Shown one piece after another: positions 48,943 to 58,833 of a stretch of DNA of 64,000 nucleotides; positions within the stretch are counted from its first letter, which is position 1; every line of letters starts with the position of its first letter. Location: positions 1,120,001 through 1,184,000 of the forward strand of contig CAWJGT010000009.1 of assembly GCA_963842525.1 (NCBI GenBank), given 5' to 3'. This DNA comes from an uncultured Holophagales bacterium. Lineage in GTDB: Bacteria; Acidobacteriota; Thermoanaerobaculia; Multivoradales; UBA5704. The notes beneath the pieces are model-generated. The model saw only the letters and a list, made by a program, of their open reading frames with translations. It was not told where the DNA came from and searched no databases. The position numbers and the translations under genes are program-made.

Positions 48943-51018
48943 ATGGCCTACACCCAGGACACCGCGTACCTCTCGGTTTCGACGCCGCTCGGCAAGGACA
49001 AGCTCCTGCTGCGCGGCTTTCATGGCTCGGAGGGGATCTCCGAGCCGTTCGTTTTCAGCCTGCGCATGCAGTCCGAAGACACCGCCCTCGACTTCACGGC
49101 GATCGTGGGCAAGAGCGCGACGATCACAGCCGTGCTCTCCGACGGCAGCAAGCGCTATATCAACGGGATCGTCGGCCGCTTCCTGCAGGCGGGCTCCGAG
49201 CAGGGGTTCGCCAACTATCACGCCGAGCTCCACCCCTGGCTCTGGATGCTCAATTTCTCGGCCGATTGCAAGATCTATCAAAATAAAACCGTGCCGCAGA
49301 TCCTGGAGGCCGTGTTCGGCGAGCTGGGGTTCACCGACTTCAAGAACAGCCTGACCGGCACCTACGATCCGCGGGAATATTGCGTCCAATACAATGAGAG
49401 CCATTTCAATTTCGTCTCGCGCCTGATGGAAGACGAAGGGATCTATTACTATTTCGAGCACGCGGACGGCACGCACACCCTCGTCCTCGCCGACGACGCG
49501 GCGAGCGCCACCGCCTGCCCCGGGGCTGCCACGGCCGATTACGCATCCGGCCGCGACCGCTGGGAGCAGCAGAACACGGTGACCCGCTGCGAGCTCGAGA
49601 ACCGGGTGATCTCCGGCAAGTTCGCCGTCGACGACTTCAATTTCGAAACCCCCTCGACCGACCTGATCGCCAGCACGGACTCGACCGTGGCGATCGACGG
49701 CTCGAAGCGCCGAGTGTACGAATACCCCGGCGGATTCATCCTGAAGGACAAGGGGGACGCGCGCGCCAAGCTGCGTATCGAAGGGTGTGAATCCCCGGCC
49801 AAGGTCCTGCGCGGCGACAGCAACTCCCCGGCCTTCACCACCGGCTACAAGTTCACGCTGGCGAAGCACTACCGTACCGACGCCAACGCCGGCTACGTGC
49901 TGTTGCGCGTCAACCATGCGGCCAATTGGGACGATTATTCAAATTCGTTCGAAGCCTTCCCCCTGGACCTCCCCTTCCGGCCGCCGCGGGTCAGCCGCAA
50001 GCCGGTGATCCCCAGCACCCAGACCGCCATCGTGGTCGGCAAGTCGGGCGAGGAGATCTGGACCGACAAGTACGGCCGCATCAAGGTCCAGTTCCACTGG
50101 GACCAGGTGGGCACCAAGGACGAGAACAGCTCCTGCTGGATCCGCGTCGCCCACGGCTGGGCAGGCAAGAGCTGGGGGCAGATCTACCTGCCGCGCATCG
50201 GCCAGGAGGTCGTGGTGAGCTTCCTCGAAGGGGACCCCGACCGGCCGCTGGTCACCGGCTCGGTCTACAACGCCGAGCAGACCGTGCCCTACACATTGCC
50301 GACCGATCAGACCAAGAGCACGATCAAGAGCAACTCCTCGAAGGGCGGCGGCGGCTTCAACGAGCTCCGTTTTGAAGACAAGAAGGATTCCGAGGAGGTC
50401 TGGTTCCACGCCCAGAAGGACCACAACCTCCTCATCGAGAACAACCGCACCAAAGAGGTCAAGAACGACGAGGTCAACACGATCAAGAACAACCGCACGA
50501 CGACGATCCAGGAGAAGGACGACACCCTGATCGTCGACAAGGGCAAGCGGATCATCAAGGTCAACACCAGCGACGAAACACACGACGTCAAGGGCACGCG
50601 CACCTTGAAGGTCACCGGCGACGAGGCCCACACCGACGAAGCCAAGCTGACCTGGACCGTCACGGGCGACGTGAGCCACACCCACAAGGCCAAGTTCACC
50701 CAGGCCGTCACCGGCGACTACAGCCTCACCATCGACGGCAACCTGACGATCCACTGCAAGGGCGACATTTCGATCAAGGCCGACAAGGGTTTCAAGAACG
50801 AAGCCGGCATGGTTTTTTCGAACAAGGCGGGGACCGACCTCAAGAACGAGGCCGGCACGGCGCTGACCAACAAGTCGGGGACCGACCTGAAGAACGACGC
50901 GGGGACGAACCTGACCAACCAGGCCGCGATCACCATGACCAACAAGGCCTCTGCCTCGCAGACGGTGGACGGCGGCGGCATGCTGACGGTCAAGGGCGGC
51001 CTGGTGAAGATCAACTGA
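48943..51018 (+). CDS. vgrG: T6SS tip protein VgrG
   Basis: REYCVQYNES, EEIWTDKYGRIKVQFHWD, PRIGQEVVVSFLEGDPDRP, gp5-like C-terminal repeats. Confidence 0.95.
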   Translation: MAYTQDTAYLSVSTPLGKDKLLLRGFHGSEGISEPFVFSLRMQSEDTALDFTAIVGKSATITAVLSDGSKRYINGIVGRFLQAGSEQGFANYHAELHPWLWMLNFSADCKIYQNKTVPQILEAVFGELGFTDFKNSLTGTYDPREYCVQYNESHFNFVSRLMEDEGIYYYFEHADGTHTLVLADDAASATACPGAATADYASGRDRWEQQNTVTRCELENRVISGKFAVDDFNFETPSTDLIASTDSTVAIDGSKRRVYEYPGGFILKDKGDARAKLRIEGCESPAKVLRGDSNSPAFTTGYKFTLAKHYRTDANAGYVLLRVNHAANWDDYSNSFEAFPLDLPFRPPRVSRKPVIPSTQTAIVVGKSGEEIWTDKYGRIKVQFHWDQVGTKDENSSCWIRVAHGWAGKSWGQIYLPRIGQEVVVSFLEGDPDRPLVTGSVYNAEQTVPYTLPTDQTKSTIKSNSSKGGGGFNELRFEDKKDSEEVWFHAQKDHNLLIENNRTKEVKNDEVNTIKNNRTTTIQEKDDTLIVDKGKRIIKVNTSDETHDVKGTRTLKVTGDEAHTDEAKLTWTVTGDVSHTHKAKFTQAVTGDYSLTIDGNLTIHCKGDISIKADKGFKNEAGMVFSNKAGTDLKNEAGTALTNKSGTDLKNDAGTNLTNQAAITMTNKASASQTVDGGGMLTVKGGLVKIN

Positions 51019-51025
51019 GGGGCGC

Positions 51026-52309
51026 ATGACCGGGCCGGATCTCCTGCTGCTGGCCGTCCTGGCCGCCGGCCTCACGGTGGCGGTCGTCCTCCTGCGCGGA
51101 TGGCGTCCGCGGCTCCGGCAAGCCGTTCCGCCTGCTCCCATCATTCCACCCGAGCCGCTTCCCGAGCCCGAGCCGCCCCCGGTTGATCCCAGTCCCGAGC
51201 CCGATCCTCCCGCGCCCTGGGACGAGGCCGCCGACCTGCGGCGGCTGGTGGACGGCACCCCCGAGCTCCATGCCCTCTACGAGAAGATCGGCTATCCGCC
51301 CGGAGTCGAGCGCGAGGCCGAGCGCCTCGCCGCCGACCTCGCGGCGCTGATCCATGCCGAGGTCCCGGACTGGGAGGCGTTCGATGTCGCGCTGTCCGAC
51401 GCCGAGGCCCAGCTCGGGCTGCCGGACACCGGGCAGCGCTACCGGAGCGAGGACGAGGAGCTGCTGCGGGAGGTCCTCCAGGCGCGGACCGATCGGGACG
51501 AGGTCCTCCGCCTGTTGAACCGCGACCCGGTGCGCCGGCTCCTCCCCTTCGTCGAGCAGCTTCCGCTGGTGCGCAACGGCGAGGTGGTCTGGCGGACGCC
51601 GATGGAGATGACGCTGATCCGCAAGCGTCCCACCGACTCGGAGGCCTTCCAGCGGCGGCTCGAAGAGCTGGAGCGCCTGGTACGGACCGCCCCGCTGCGC
51701 CGCAAACCGCCGGCGCGGGAGTCCGTGCTCGCCGCGCTCTCGCGGCTGCGCCGCGACCTCTCCCGGCCGAACGCCTACCTGCCGACCCCCATCCAGGCGC
51801 TGTCCGCCGCCCTGGACGAGTGGCTGCACCGCGCCCATGAGCCCGCCCTGCGCCGCCGCCGGGAGGAGCTGGACGACCTCCTGCTCGGCATGATCCAGGT
51901 GCGCCACATCCACAAGAACGGCGGGGAGGGAGGGGAAGGCCCGCGCGAGGCCGCCCGCCGCCTCGCGCAGCTCTATGCGGGCCAGCCCTGGATGCACACG
52001 CCCTGGCTGACGACCCGTGCCCTCACCATCCTCCTGGATGCCGAGCTCGCCCTCCTGCCCGAGGGAGAAGGGGAGGAGCCGGGCAGCCCCGCCGCCCCCG
52101 CTGCAGTCATCCGCCTCGTCCGCAACGAAGTCACCTCCCAGCATTACGACAGCGACGAGACGATCCGCCGGCTGCGCCAGCAGGAGGAGAAGGGCTTCTA
52201 CGTCCACAGCCTCGTCTACGCCCTGCTGCGGATGAACCGGCTGCCCACCGGCGCACCCGAAGAGCCGCCGTCAGGGCTGCGGCAGATCGACCCCCGAAGA
52301 GGCTCCTGA
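51026..52309 (+). CDS. hypothetical protein (N-terminal TM, Pro-rich linker), co-transcribed with vgrG
   Basis: 7 bp after the vgrG stop; strong GC3 bias. Confidence 0.75.
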   Translation: MTGPDLLLLAVLAAGLTVAVVLLRGWRPRLRQAVPPAPIIPPEPLPEPEPPPVDPSPEPDPPAPWDEAADLRRLVDGTPELHALYEKIGYPPGVEREAERLAADLAALIHAEVPDWEAFDVALSDAEAQLGLPDTGQRYRSEDEELLREVLQARTDRDEVLRLLNRDPVRRLLPFVEQLPLVRNGEVVWRTPMEMTLIRKRPTDSEAFQRRLEELERLVRTAPLRRKPPARESVLAALSRLRRDLSRPNAYLPTPIQALSAALDEWLHRAHEPALRRRREELDDLLLGMIQVRHIHKNGGEGGEGPREAARRLAQLYAGQPWMHTPWLTTRALTILLDAELALLPEGEGEEPGSPAAPAAVIRLVRNEVTSQHYDSDETIRRLRQQEEKGFYVHSLVYALLRMNRLPTGAPEEPPSGLRQIDPRRGS

Positions 52310-52418
52310 CCCTGGGAGCGCGCCCTGTGCATGGTGTGACTCGTGGTAAAATCTCTTCGTTGCGCTCTTGCGGGTTCCTGTGGTCTGATTCCGGAACCGC
52401 GCGGGAAAGGATGGCACG

Positions 52419-53219
52419 ATGACCGCGATCCCTCTCGAGGACGAGACCTACTATCCCGAATCCGACGGCGAGCCGATGGCGGAAACCGAGCTCCATCTGG
52501 AAGAGATAGTCTATGTGTGGCAAGCCTTGAAGGACCGGTTTGCGGAGAAGCCCGATGTCTTCGTGGGCGCAAACCTTTTCCTGTACTACCGGAAGGGGGA
52601 CCCCAGGGCGGTCGTGGCCCCAGACGGCTTTGTCGTCAAGGGAGTCCCGAAGCTGCTGCCCGGCAACCGCCGGCGCCGGAAGTATCGCCTGTGGGAAGAG
52701 GGCCAGGCGCCCTGTTTCGTGCTGGAGACGACTTCGGAGGACACGCAGGACCAGGACAAGAAGGGCAAGAAAGACACCTACGAGGAGCTGGGCGTCGACG
52801 AGTACTTCCTGTTCGATCCTCTGGGCGACTACCTGAGCCCCCGTCTTCAGGGCTTTCAACTCGTGGGGCGCTGGTACCGCCCGATCCGGCCGCAGCCGGA
52901 TGGCTCGCTTATCAGCCATACCACTGGAGTCATCTTTCGACCTGACGGGACGCAGCTTCGTCTGACGGATGCGCGCACCGGGGCTCCGCTGCTCCGCAAG
53001 GAAGAGGAAGCGGAGGCACGGCGCAGGGCCGAGGCGAGAGCCGCCGCCGAGGCAGAGGCCCGCCAACAGGCCGAGGAGAAGGCTGCCGCCGAGGCAGAGG
53101 CCCGCCATCAGGCCGAGGAGAAGGCTGCCGCCGAGGCGGAGGCCCGCCAGCGAGCCGAGGAGATGGTTCGAGCCCTCGAGCAGGAGCTCGCCCGCCTGCG
53201 CCTCGCAACACCGTCTTGA
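52419..53219 (+). CDS. Uma2 family endonuclease with 14-aa coiled-coil repeats
   Basis: YPESDGEPMAET, VAPD.FVV, P.FVLE.TS, Y..LGV.EYFLFDP; AEARxxAEEKAAAE repeats (42 bp). Confidence 0.9.
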   Translation: MTAIPLEDETYYPESDGEPMAETELHLEEIVYVWQALKDRFAEKPDVFVGANLFLYYRKGDPRAVVAPDGFVVKGVPKLLPGNRRRRKYRLWEEGQAPCFVLETTSEDTQDQDKKGKKDTYEELGVDEYFLFDPLGDYLSPRLQGFQLVGRWYRPIRPQPDGSLISHTTGVIFRPDGTQLRLTDARTGAPLLRKEEEAEARRRAEARAAAEAEARQQAEEKAAAEAEARHQAEEKAAAEAEARQRAEEMVRALEQELARLRLATPS

Positions 53220-53366
53220 GCTTCCCGAGAGGAGGGGAGGCCCGCCTGAGCCTGGATAACACACGGCACCGTCTCTCCGCACCAGGCGCCTTCTCCCCGG
53301 GAGTGTTGCGATTCTGCGCAGCAATGCTCCCGAACGTTCCGCGCTCACAAACATCACGGCTTCCAA

Positions 53367-53479
53367 GTCCACAGCCTCGTCTATGCCCTGCTGCGCATGA
53401 ACCGCCTGCCGACCGGCGCGCCCGAAGAGCCGCCGTCCGGGCTGCGTCAAGTCGATCCTCGAAGAAGCTCCTGACCCTG
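53367..53479 (+). repeat. diverged copy of the 3' end of gene 51026-52309 (52202-52314)
   Basis: Encodes VHSLVYALLRMNRLPTGAPEEPPSGLRQVDPRRSS*, mostly with synonymous changes. Confidence 0.9.
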
Positions 53480-53497
53480 CAAAAGCGTCGCGCGAGA

Positions 53498-53945
53498 CGC
53501 ATCCAGCGCCACCTGATAGGCGTTCAGGGTCGCACTGGATCGATCCAGCGTCGCACTGGATGCGTTCAGCGCCACCTGGATCGATCCAGGGTCACCCGAT
53601 AGGCGTTCAGGCCGGGCTGGATCGATCCAGCGTCACGCCGGATGCGTTCAGAGTCTTCTGGATCGATCGAGGGTTACGTGAAATGGATCCAGAGTCACCT
53701 GATAGGCGTTCAGGATGACGCTGAATCGATCCAGCGTCACGTTGGATCCATCCAGACTCTTCTGGATCGATCCAGGCCGCGTGAAACGCATCCAGCGTCA
53801 CCCGATAAGCCTTCAGGGTCGCACTGGATCGATCCAGCGCGACGCCGGATGCGTTCAGCGCCACCTGGATCGATCCAGGGTCGCAAGAAATGCATCCAGC
53901 GCCACTCGATATCCATGCAGGGTGACGCTGGATCGATCCAGGTGG
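53498..53945. repeat. 20-21-bp-period array, core CTGGATCGATCCAG and variants
   Basis: About 21 units, e.g. at 53535, 53556, 53576, 53617, 53638; 6-7 nt spacers. Confidence 0.9.
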
Positions 53946-54279
53946 ACCTGAAGCCGCAGCGCGGAGCCTCTGGAAGGAACGACTTCGGGCACGGATCGGT
54001 TGTGGGAGCGGGAAGGGGCAAGGTGAGGGGGCGGATGGCAGCTTGCCCCCTCCAGAGAAGAGCTACTTCACGGCGTCGGAATGGAGGCTGGGCTCTGCAA
54101 CTCGGCCGGCTGCGGTTTCGGCTGCCCGGTGGACTCCGACCTGGCCCCAAGGCGCCGTGGGAGTGGCCTCCAACCTGTGGGCGCCCTTCGGTGAACGCAG
54201 AGCGGACGGATCTCGGATGAGCTAGAATCGGAAGGGAGGATGTTAGTCGAGTCGCTACTTAAGCCTCGCCCGTTTTGGG

Positions 54280-54450
54280 AAGCGTCCGAGGGGAGAAACC
54301 AAGGTCAGAGACTCGGGAAATCTGACCGTCCGGGATCGTAGGGGGGGCCTCCGGGAATGTGGCTATGGAGACTGGGTTACGAACCATGCGTAAAGCAGTA
54401 GAGATCTCTCCATATCCTAAGGGGCGCGCACCGCAATTCTATCCTGATCG
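54280..54450 (+). mobile_element. degenerate group II intron 3' fragment (domains V-VI)
   Basis: gactcgggaaatctgaccgtccgggatcgtagggggggcct...gcgcgcaccgcaattctatcctgat resembles bacterial DV/DVI ending in AY; no RT ORF. Confidence 0.55.
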
Positions 54451-54464
54451 AATGGGAGGCTTTC

Positions 54465-55208
54465 TTGCCGTACGATCAGTTGGTTGAGGAGCTAGCCCCT
54501 CTCGAGGTATTGCCAGCGGCCGCTTTCGAAGGCTCGGCGGACACGCCTCAGCACGTGTGCAACCTCGTCCTTGCCCTTGCAGTCGTCTACAATGATCTTC
54601 GCGACATTGCGACGGCGCACCTGCTCCTCAAGGAAGTCCAGCCCGCCTCTCCGAAGACAGCATCGATCGAATCGGGTCATTTCGGTGGCCTCTTCACGGC
54701 TCTTTTGCGTCTGCAGTCCGGTGTCATCCATGAGTTTCTCGCTCTCCTAAGGCGGAATCGTAAGGCGGCTCGAGATCCAGCGTTTTTAGCTCTGATCGGC
54801 GCAGTCGATGAGCAAGCGCGAGATGCATGGGCTGCGATTCAAGACGTGGCTGACGGCCATCCCAAAGGCGACCCTCTAGGCGCTGCCCTGTTTCACCTGA
54901 GGAACAAGGTGTCTTTTCACTATGACCCCAAGATTCTTCATCAGGGTCTCGTCGATCACATTCAACGGGGTCCTCGACGACAGCTCTTCATCTCCCGCGG
55001 TGGCGCCATGAGGCACGCTAGGTTCTACTTCGCCGACGCAGCGGCAGAGGCCGCCTTGGTCGGAGAGCTTGAGGAGCCCGCCGTTAAGGAATTCTTCACT
55101 TTCAAGGGCCCCCTCATCGAGGGCGTGAACAGGGCCTTGTACCAGATCGTGACCCTTTTCGTAGAACATCGGGGATACACCTATGAGCCGTATCGACCGG
55201 TCGCCTAA
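54465..55208 (+). CDS. putative HEPN-like protein (gene cassette)
   Basis: Helical protein with LRNKVSFHYD (R-x5-H); its stop lies within the attC R'' box; lower GC. Confidence 0.6.
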   Translation: MPYDQLVEELAPLEVLPAAAFEGSADTPQHVCNLVLALAVVYNDLRDIATAHLLLKEVQPASPKTASIESGHFGGLFTALLRLQSGVIHEFLALLRRNRKAARDPAFLALIGAVDEQARDAWAAIQDVADGHPKGDPLGAALFHLRNKVSFHYDPKILHQGLVDHIQRGPRRQLFISRGGAMRHARFYFADAAAEAALVGELEEPAVKEFFTFKGPLIEGVNRALYQIVTLFVEHRGYTYEPYRPVA

Positions 55209-55273
55209 CCCCGGCCTCAACCGAACAGGGACCGCACTTCACACGGTCCTGCCGGTTAGGCTTCAGGTTATTG
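55203..55273 (+). mobile_element. integron attC-like site
   Basis: R'' GCCTAAC, L'' CCTCAAC (extra base), central AGGGACCG/CGGTCCT, L' GTTAGG, R' GTTATTG; 71 bp. Confidence 0.75.
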
Positions 55274-55277
55274 ACGC

Positions 55278-55928
55278 ATGATTACAATGACGAAGCCCTC
55301 TAGGACGCTTTGCCTGGGCTGTGCGCACATCTTCCCAAGCACAGAAACGGAGGGTATTTCCTGCCCGGCCTGTGGTTTCCTTAACGAAGGACCGACCTTC
55401 CGAAAGCTTCTTACCTATGCGACGGTGGCCGCGGACTATGGCTACGGTTACCGAGCCGTCTACGAAGAGGAACTTGAAGAGCAAGGCGAGATTCCTGCTT
55501 ATGGAATGCTCCCGATTTCCGAGGTATTTGTGTGGATGGCGCTCGCAGCATTGAGTGGTATCGTCGGCGGTGCCTCCTGGGAAATTGCGGGTGCTGCCGT
55601 GCGTCGCATTATTAAGCAAGCGGCGAAGGAGAAGGCAGAATCATCGGAGCTCAATGCATTCGAGGATGAGAAGGAGTTCAAGCAGTTTCTTATCTATATA
55701 CAAGATTTCGTCGAGGGCTTCCGCAATACCGACCCTCGAGTGAGGAGTGCCGTCCTGACGGAGATGGTGATCAATGAGAAGGTGAGACTGCACTTGGAGG
55801 AGGGTTACCGAGGTGCTCCTGAAGAGGAAAATACGCTAGCGATGCGGAGAGTTAAGAGTATCCTGCAGGACGTGCCGAGCAAAGAGGACTTCCATGAGGT
55901 ATGGAAGAACATAGACCTTTCAGGTTAA
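55278..55928 (+). CDS. hypothetical zinc-ribbon protein with hydrophobic helix (gene cassette)
   Basis: CLGC..CPAC; starts 4 nt after attC; lower GC. Confidence 0.7.
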   Translation: MITMTKPSRTLCLGCAHIFPSTETEGISCPACGFLNEGPTFRKLLTYATVAADYGYGYRAVYEEELEEQGEIPAYGMLPISEVFVWMALAALSGIVGGASWEIAGAAVRRIIKQAAKEKAESSELNAFEDEKEFKQFLIYIQDFVEGFRNTDPRVRSAVLTEMVINEKVRLHLEEGYRGAPEEENTLAMRRVKSILQDVPSKEDFHEVWKNIDLSG

Positions 55929-55976
55929 TGGGGGCGCGCATCTGGCTCCATACCATTCACCAATGAGCCTCCTACA

Positions 55977-56640
55977 ATGAAAGTTCTCGCCTTCGGCGCA
56001 ACAGGCTATGCGGGAGGGAGTGTCCTTCGCGTCTGTCTCTCCTCGCCACGGGTTGAGGACGTGCGTGTGATCACGCGACGGCCGCTGAAAGTTGCGCACG
56101 ACAAGGTTCGGGTGTTCGTTCATGAAGACTTTCTGGATTACGGTGCCATCGCGGAGGCGTTTGTCGGCCTCGATGCCTGCCTCTTCTGTCTCGGGATCTC
56201 CGCCACGCAGGTGTCGGGTGAGGCGGAGTATCGCAGGATCACCTACGACTTCGCTCTGGCCGCCGCCAGGGCGCTCCAGCTTCAGAGCCCCACCGCAGCG
56301 TTTCATTTCATCAGCGGGCAGGGCACGCGCTTGGACAGTCGCATGATGTGGGCTCGTGTGAAGGCCGAGACGGAGCGGGACCTGATCGGTCTCGTGGAAA
56401 CGGCTGGCGTCCGGCATTTATCGATGGGGAGGCATCCGAAAGCGGGCCGCGGATCTACCAGGCCCTGCGTCCTCTGTTTCGTCTGCTCAAGCCGTTCCGG
56501 AGCCTGTACGTGACAGGCGAGGACATTGGGCGTGCGATGCTCTAGGCGGCGAGCGAGGGGATGCGCGGGCGGATTCTCGAAAACGCCGAGATCCGCGACA
56601 TCGCGTTACGTTCGGACTTGGAGTCGACGAGCGGAGGCGA
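55977..56640 (+). pseudogene. NAD(P)-binding Rossmann protein (CC3/TIP30-like), copy 1
   Basis: GATGYAG, CLG, RVKAETE; frameshift near 56400 and TAG at 56543. Confidence 0.8.
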
Positions 56641-56949
56641 GGGTGCGGGTTCCTCGTCGGCGTACTTCGCGAACGATCCGATGGCGAAGGCCTTCCCATC
56701 CGCGGCCTCCTGGAGGCCCCTGCGGACGGCCGCCAGGGCCTTCGGGTTCCGGTAGAGCCAAGCCTCAGAAGCCGGGATAGAGACCTGGGGATCGAGGACG
56801 ATCTGCCCGCTCGAATTTTTGTAGACGTCAAATCGAACGTCGTCGGCCAACCCTGCCAGCGCCTTGCCAAGAGTCAATCTCCGCTTGGAGTCGGGGCGGA
56901 CATCCTGTGCGATGAGCTCAAGCTCCTGGTGCTTCTTGGATCGTGGCAT
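56542..56949 (-). CDS. AbrB/MazE-like antitoxin, copy 1
   Basis: DSKRRLTLGK..GQIVLDP..IPASEAWLY.N..V.RGL. Confidence 0.7.
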   Translation of the reverse strand: MPRSKKHQELELIAQDVRPDSKRRLTLGKALAGLADDVRFDVYKNSSGQIVLDPQVSIPASEAWLYRNPKALAAVRRGLQEAADGKAFAIGSFAKYADEEPAPSPPLVDSKSERNAMSRISAFSRIRPRIPSLAA

Positions 56950-57176
56950 GAGGGAAGTATATACGCCCGTGGGTCGGCTGTCCAAGTGGGAATCTCCCAC
57001 TCTCTTCTCCCTGGTCCCCCCGCTGCCGGAGTTAGGAAGCGCCCAAGAATGCCTACCGGACATTCCGTCTTGACGTGCATAACGAAGCGATGTAGAGTCA
57101 TTAAATAAAAGGAGCCAAGGATCCTGCGCGCCGATGTCCTTCCACCGGCAATGGGTCCGTTCGACGGGAGAAAACC

Positions 57177-58103
57177 ATGTCTGAACAGACTGAGACAGAA
57201 CATTTCCGGCAAATCGTTTCGGAATCTGACATAGATTGGCTCGTTTGCGTGGAGCTGAACGCGAATTCAGCCTTTCGCGGCTGGATGGTGTCGAAAATTC
57301 TTCCGGGCGCTTCTCTCATTCAACATGACCGAGCATGGCGGTCGGTTAGCAATGCTCTCGGAGAAACAGATCTGCTATGGCGTTTCACCACCGCTGATGG
57401 CAACCGGCATCTGGTTCTGATTGAGAACAAGATCGGGGCTGTGGCACAGCCCGAGCAGTATCTCCGCTACCTTCTGAGGGGTGAGGATTACCGCCTTGAG
57501 AGCCTGTGCAGCAGCTTCTCTGTGGCACTGCTGGCTCCGGAGCGATATCGTTCTGAGGATTCTGTCAGCTATTCGATCCGCATCTCCTATGAGGAGGTGC
57601 GCGAATGGCTCCGGGCGTGTGGCGACGAGCGTTCGAGTTATCTGGCGCTCCTCTTTGACGCCGCCATCAATAAGTTGGGCTCGCTCGCGCCCGTCGATGG
57701 TGAGGTATCCAGGTTTCAGGAACTGGTCTGGCAGTTGGCGCGTCGAGAGTTCCCGGAGCTTCATGTGCCGGATCCGAGGGGCGTCAGTGCAACTCAACAC
57801 TGGGTATATATGCGATATCCCGCTTTCACTCTGATTTACAAGATGTACAAGACAAGCGGCAAGTTTGGCGACTGTGTGGTTGATCTTGAGCTGGCTGGCC
57901 GTGCGAGTGAAGTCGACGCACTCCGGGTGAAGTATATGCAACATCTGACAGGTTCAAACGTCTCGGTTCAACAAACAGGGAAGTCTGCGGCGTTCCGGAT
58001 CCAAGTTCCGCCCATTGAGCCTCCCAATTTTGACGAACAGAAGGTGCGTGAAGGACTACAGGCAGCGCTGCTTCTGTGGTGGCAGCGAGCCAATACGGAC
58101 TGA
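57177..58103 (+). CDS. PD-(D/E)XK nuclease superfamily protein
   Basis: ETDL..LVLIENKI.A..Q..Q..RY; lower GC. Confidence 0.8.
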   Translation: MSEQTETEHFRQIVSESDIDWLVCVELNANSAFRGWMVSKILPGASLIQHDRAWRSVSNALGETDLLWRFTTADGNRHLVLIENKIGAVAQPEQYLRYLLRGEDYRLESLCSSFSVALLAPERYRSEDSVSYSIRISYEEVREWLRACGDERSSYLALLFDAAINKLGSLAPVDGEVSRFQELVWQLARREFPELHVPDPRGVSATQHWVYMRYPAFTLIYKMYKTSGKFGDCVVDLELAGRASEVDALRVKYMQHLTGSNVSVQQTGKSAAFRIQVPPIEPPNFDEQKVREGLQAALLLWWQRANTD

Positions 58104-58168
58104 CGAATGCCTGTACCGAATTGCTTCGCCGGCAATGAGGCATCCCGTTCACCGCTGAGGTTCCTACG

Positions 58169-58833
58169 ATGAAAGTGCTCGTCTTCGGCGCAACAGGCTC
58201 AGCGGGAGGGAGTGTCCTTCGCGTCTGCCTTTCCACGCCACGGGTTGAGGAGGTGCGTGTCATTACGCGACGCCCGCTGAAGGTTACGCACGACAAGCTT
58301 CGGGTGTTTGTTCATGAAGACTTTGTGGACTATGGTGCCATCGCGGAGGCCTTTGTCGGCCTCGATGCATGCCTCTTCTGTCTGGGGATCTCCGCCACGC
58401 AGGTGTCGGGCGAGGCGGAGTATCGCAAGATCACCTACGACTTCGCTCTGGCCGCCGCCAAGGCGCTTCAGCTTCAGAGCCCCACCGCAGCGTTTCATTT
58501 CATCAGCGGGCAGGGCACGCGCTTGGACAGTCGCATGATGTGGGCTCGTGTGAAGGCCGAGACGGAGCGGGACCTGATCGGTCTCGTGGAAACGGCTGGC
58601 GTCCGGCATTTATCGATGGGGAGGCATCCGAAAGCGGGCCGCGGATCTACCAGGCCCTGCGTCCTCTGTTTCGTCTGCTCAAGCCGTTCCGGAGCCTGTA
58701 CGTGACAGGCGAGGACATTGGGCGTGCGATGCTCGAGGCGGCGAGCGAGGGGATGCGCGGGCGGATTCTCGAAAACGCCGAGATCCGCGACATCGCGTTA
58801 CGTTCGGACTTGGAGTCGACGAGCGGAGGCTGA
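58169..58833 (+). CDS. NAD(P)-binding Rossmann protein, copy 2; same frameshift as copy 1
   Basis: GATGSAG; continues as WRPAFIDG in a shifted frame. Confidence 0.75.

Larger units (their letters stand above)
55953..57033. repeat. ~1.07-kb direct repeat, copy 1
   Basis: Aligns to 58145-59222. Confidence 0.95.

Noticed and set aside
46106-51018. Complete T6SS
   Set aside because: No hcp, tssB/C, baseplate or membrane-complex genes in the window
53010-53165. 42-bp repeats in Uma2 as a novel element
   Set aside because: Variable Ala/Glu/Arg coiled-coil tails are common in Uma2 proteins
52202-53479. Diversity-generating retroelement TR/VR pair (also 18093/19667)
   Set aside because: Differences are not adenine-specific, and the window has no reverse transcriptase
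53498-53945. CRISPR array (also considered for 28064-28661 and 59378-59685)
   Set aside because: Period ~21 bp with spacers of 6-10 nt, far below CRISPR dimensions; no cas genes
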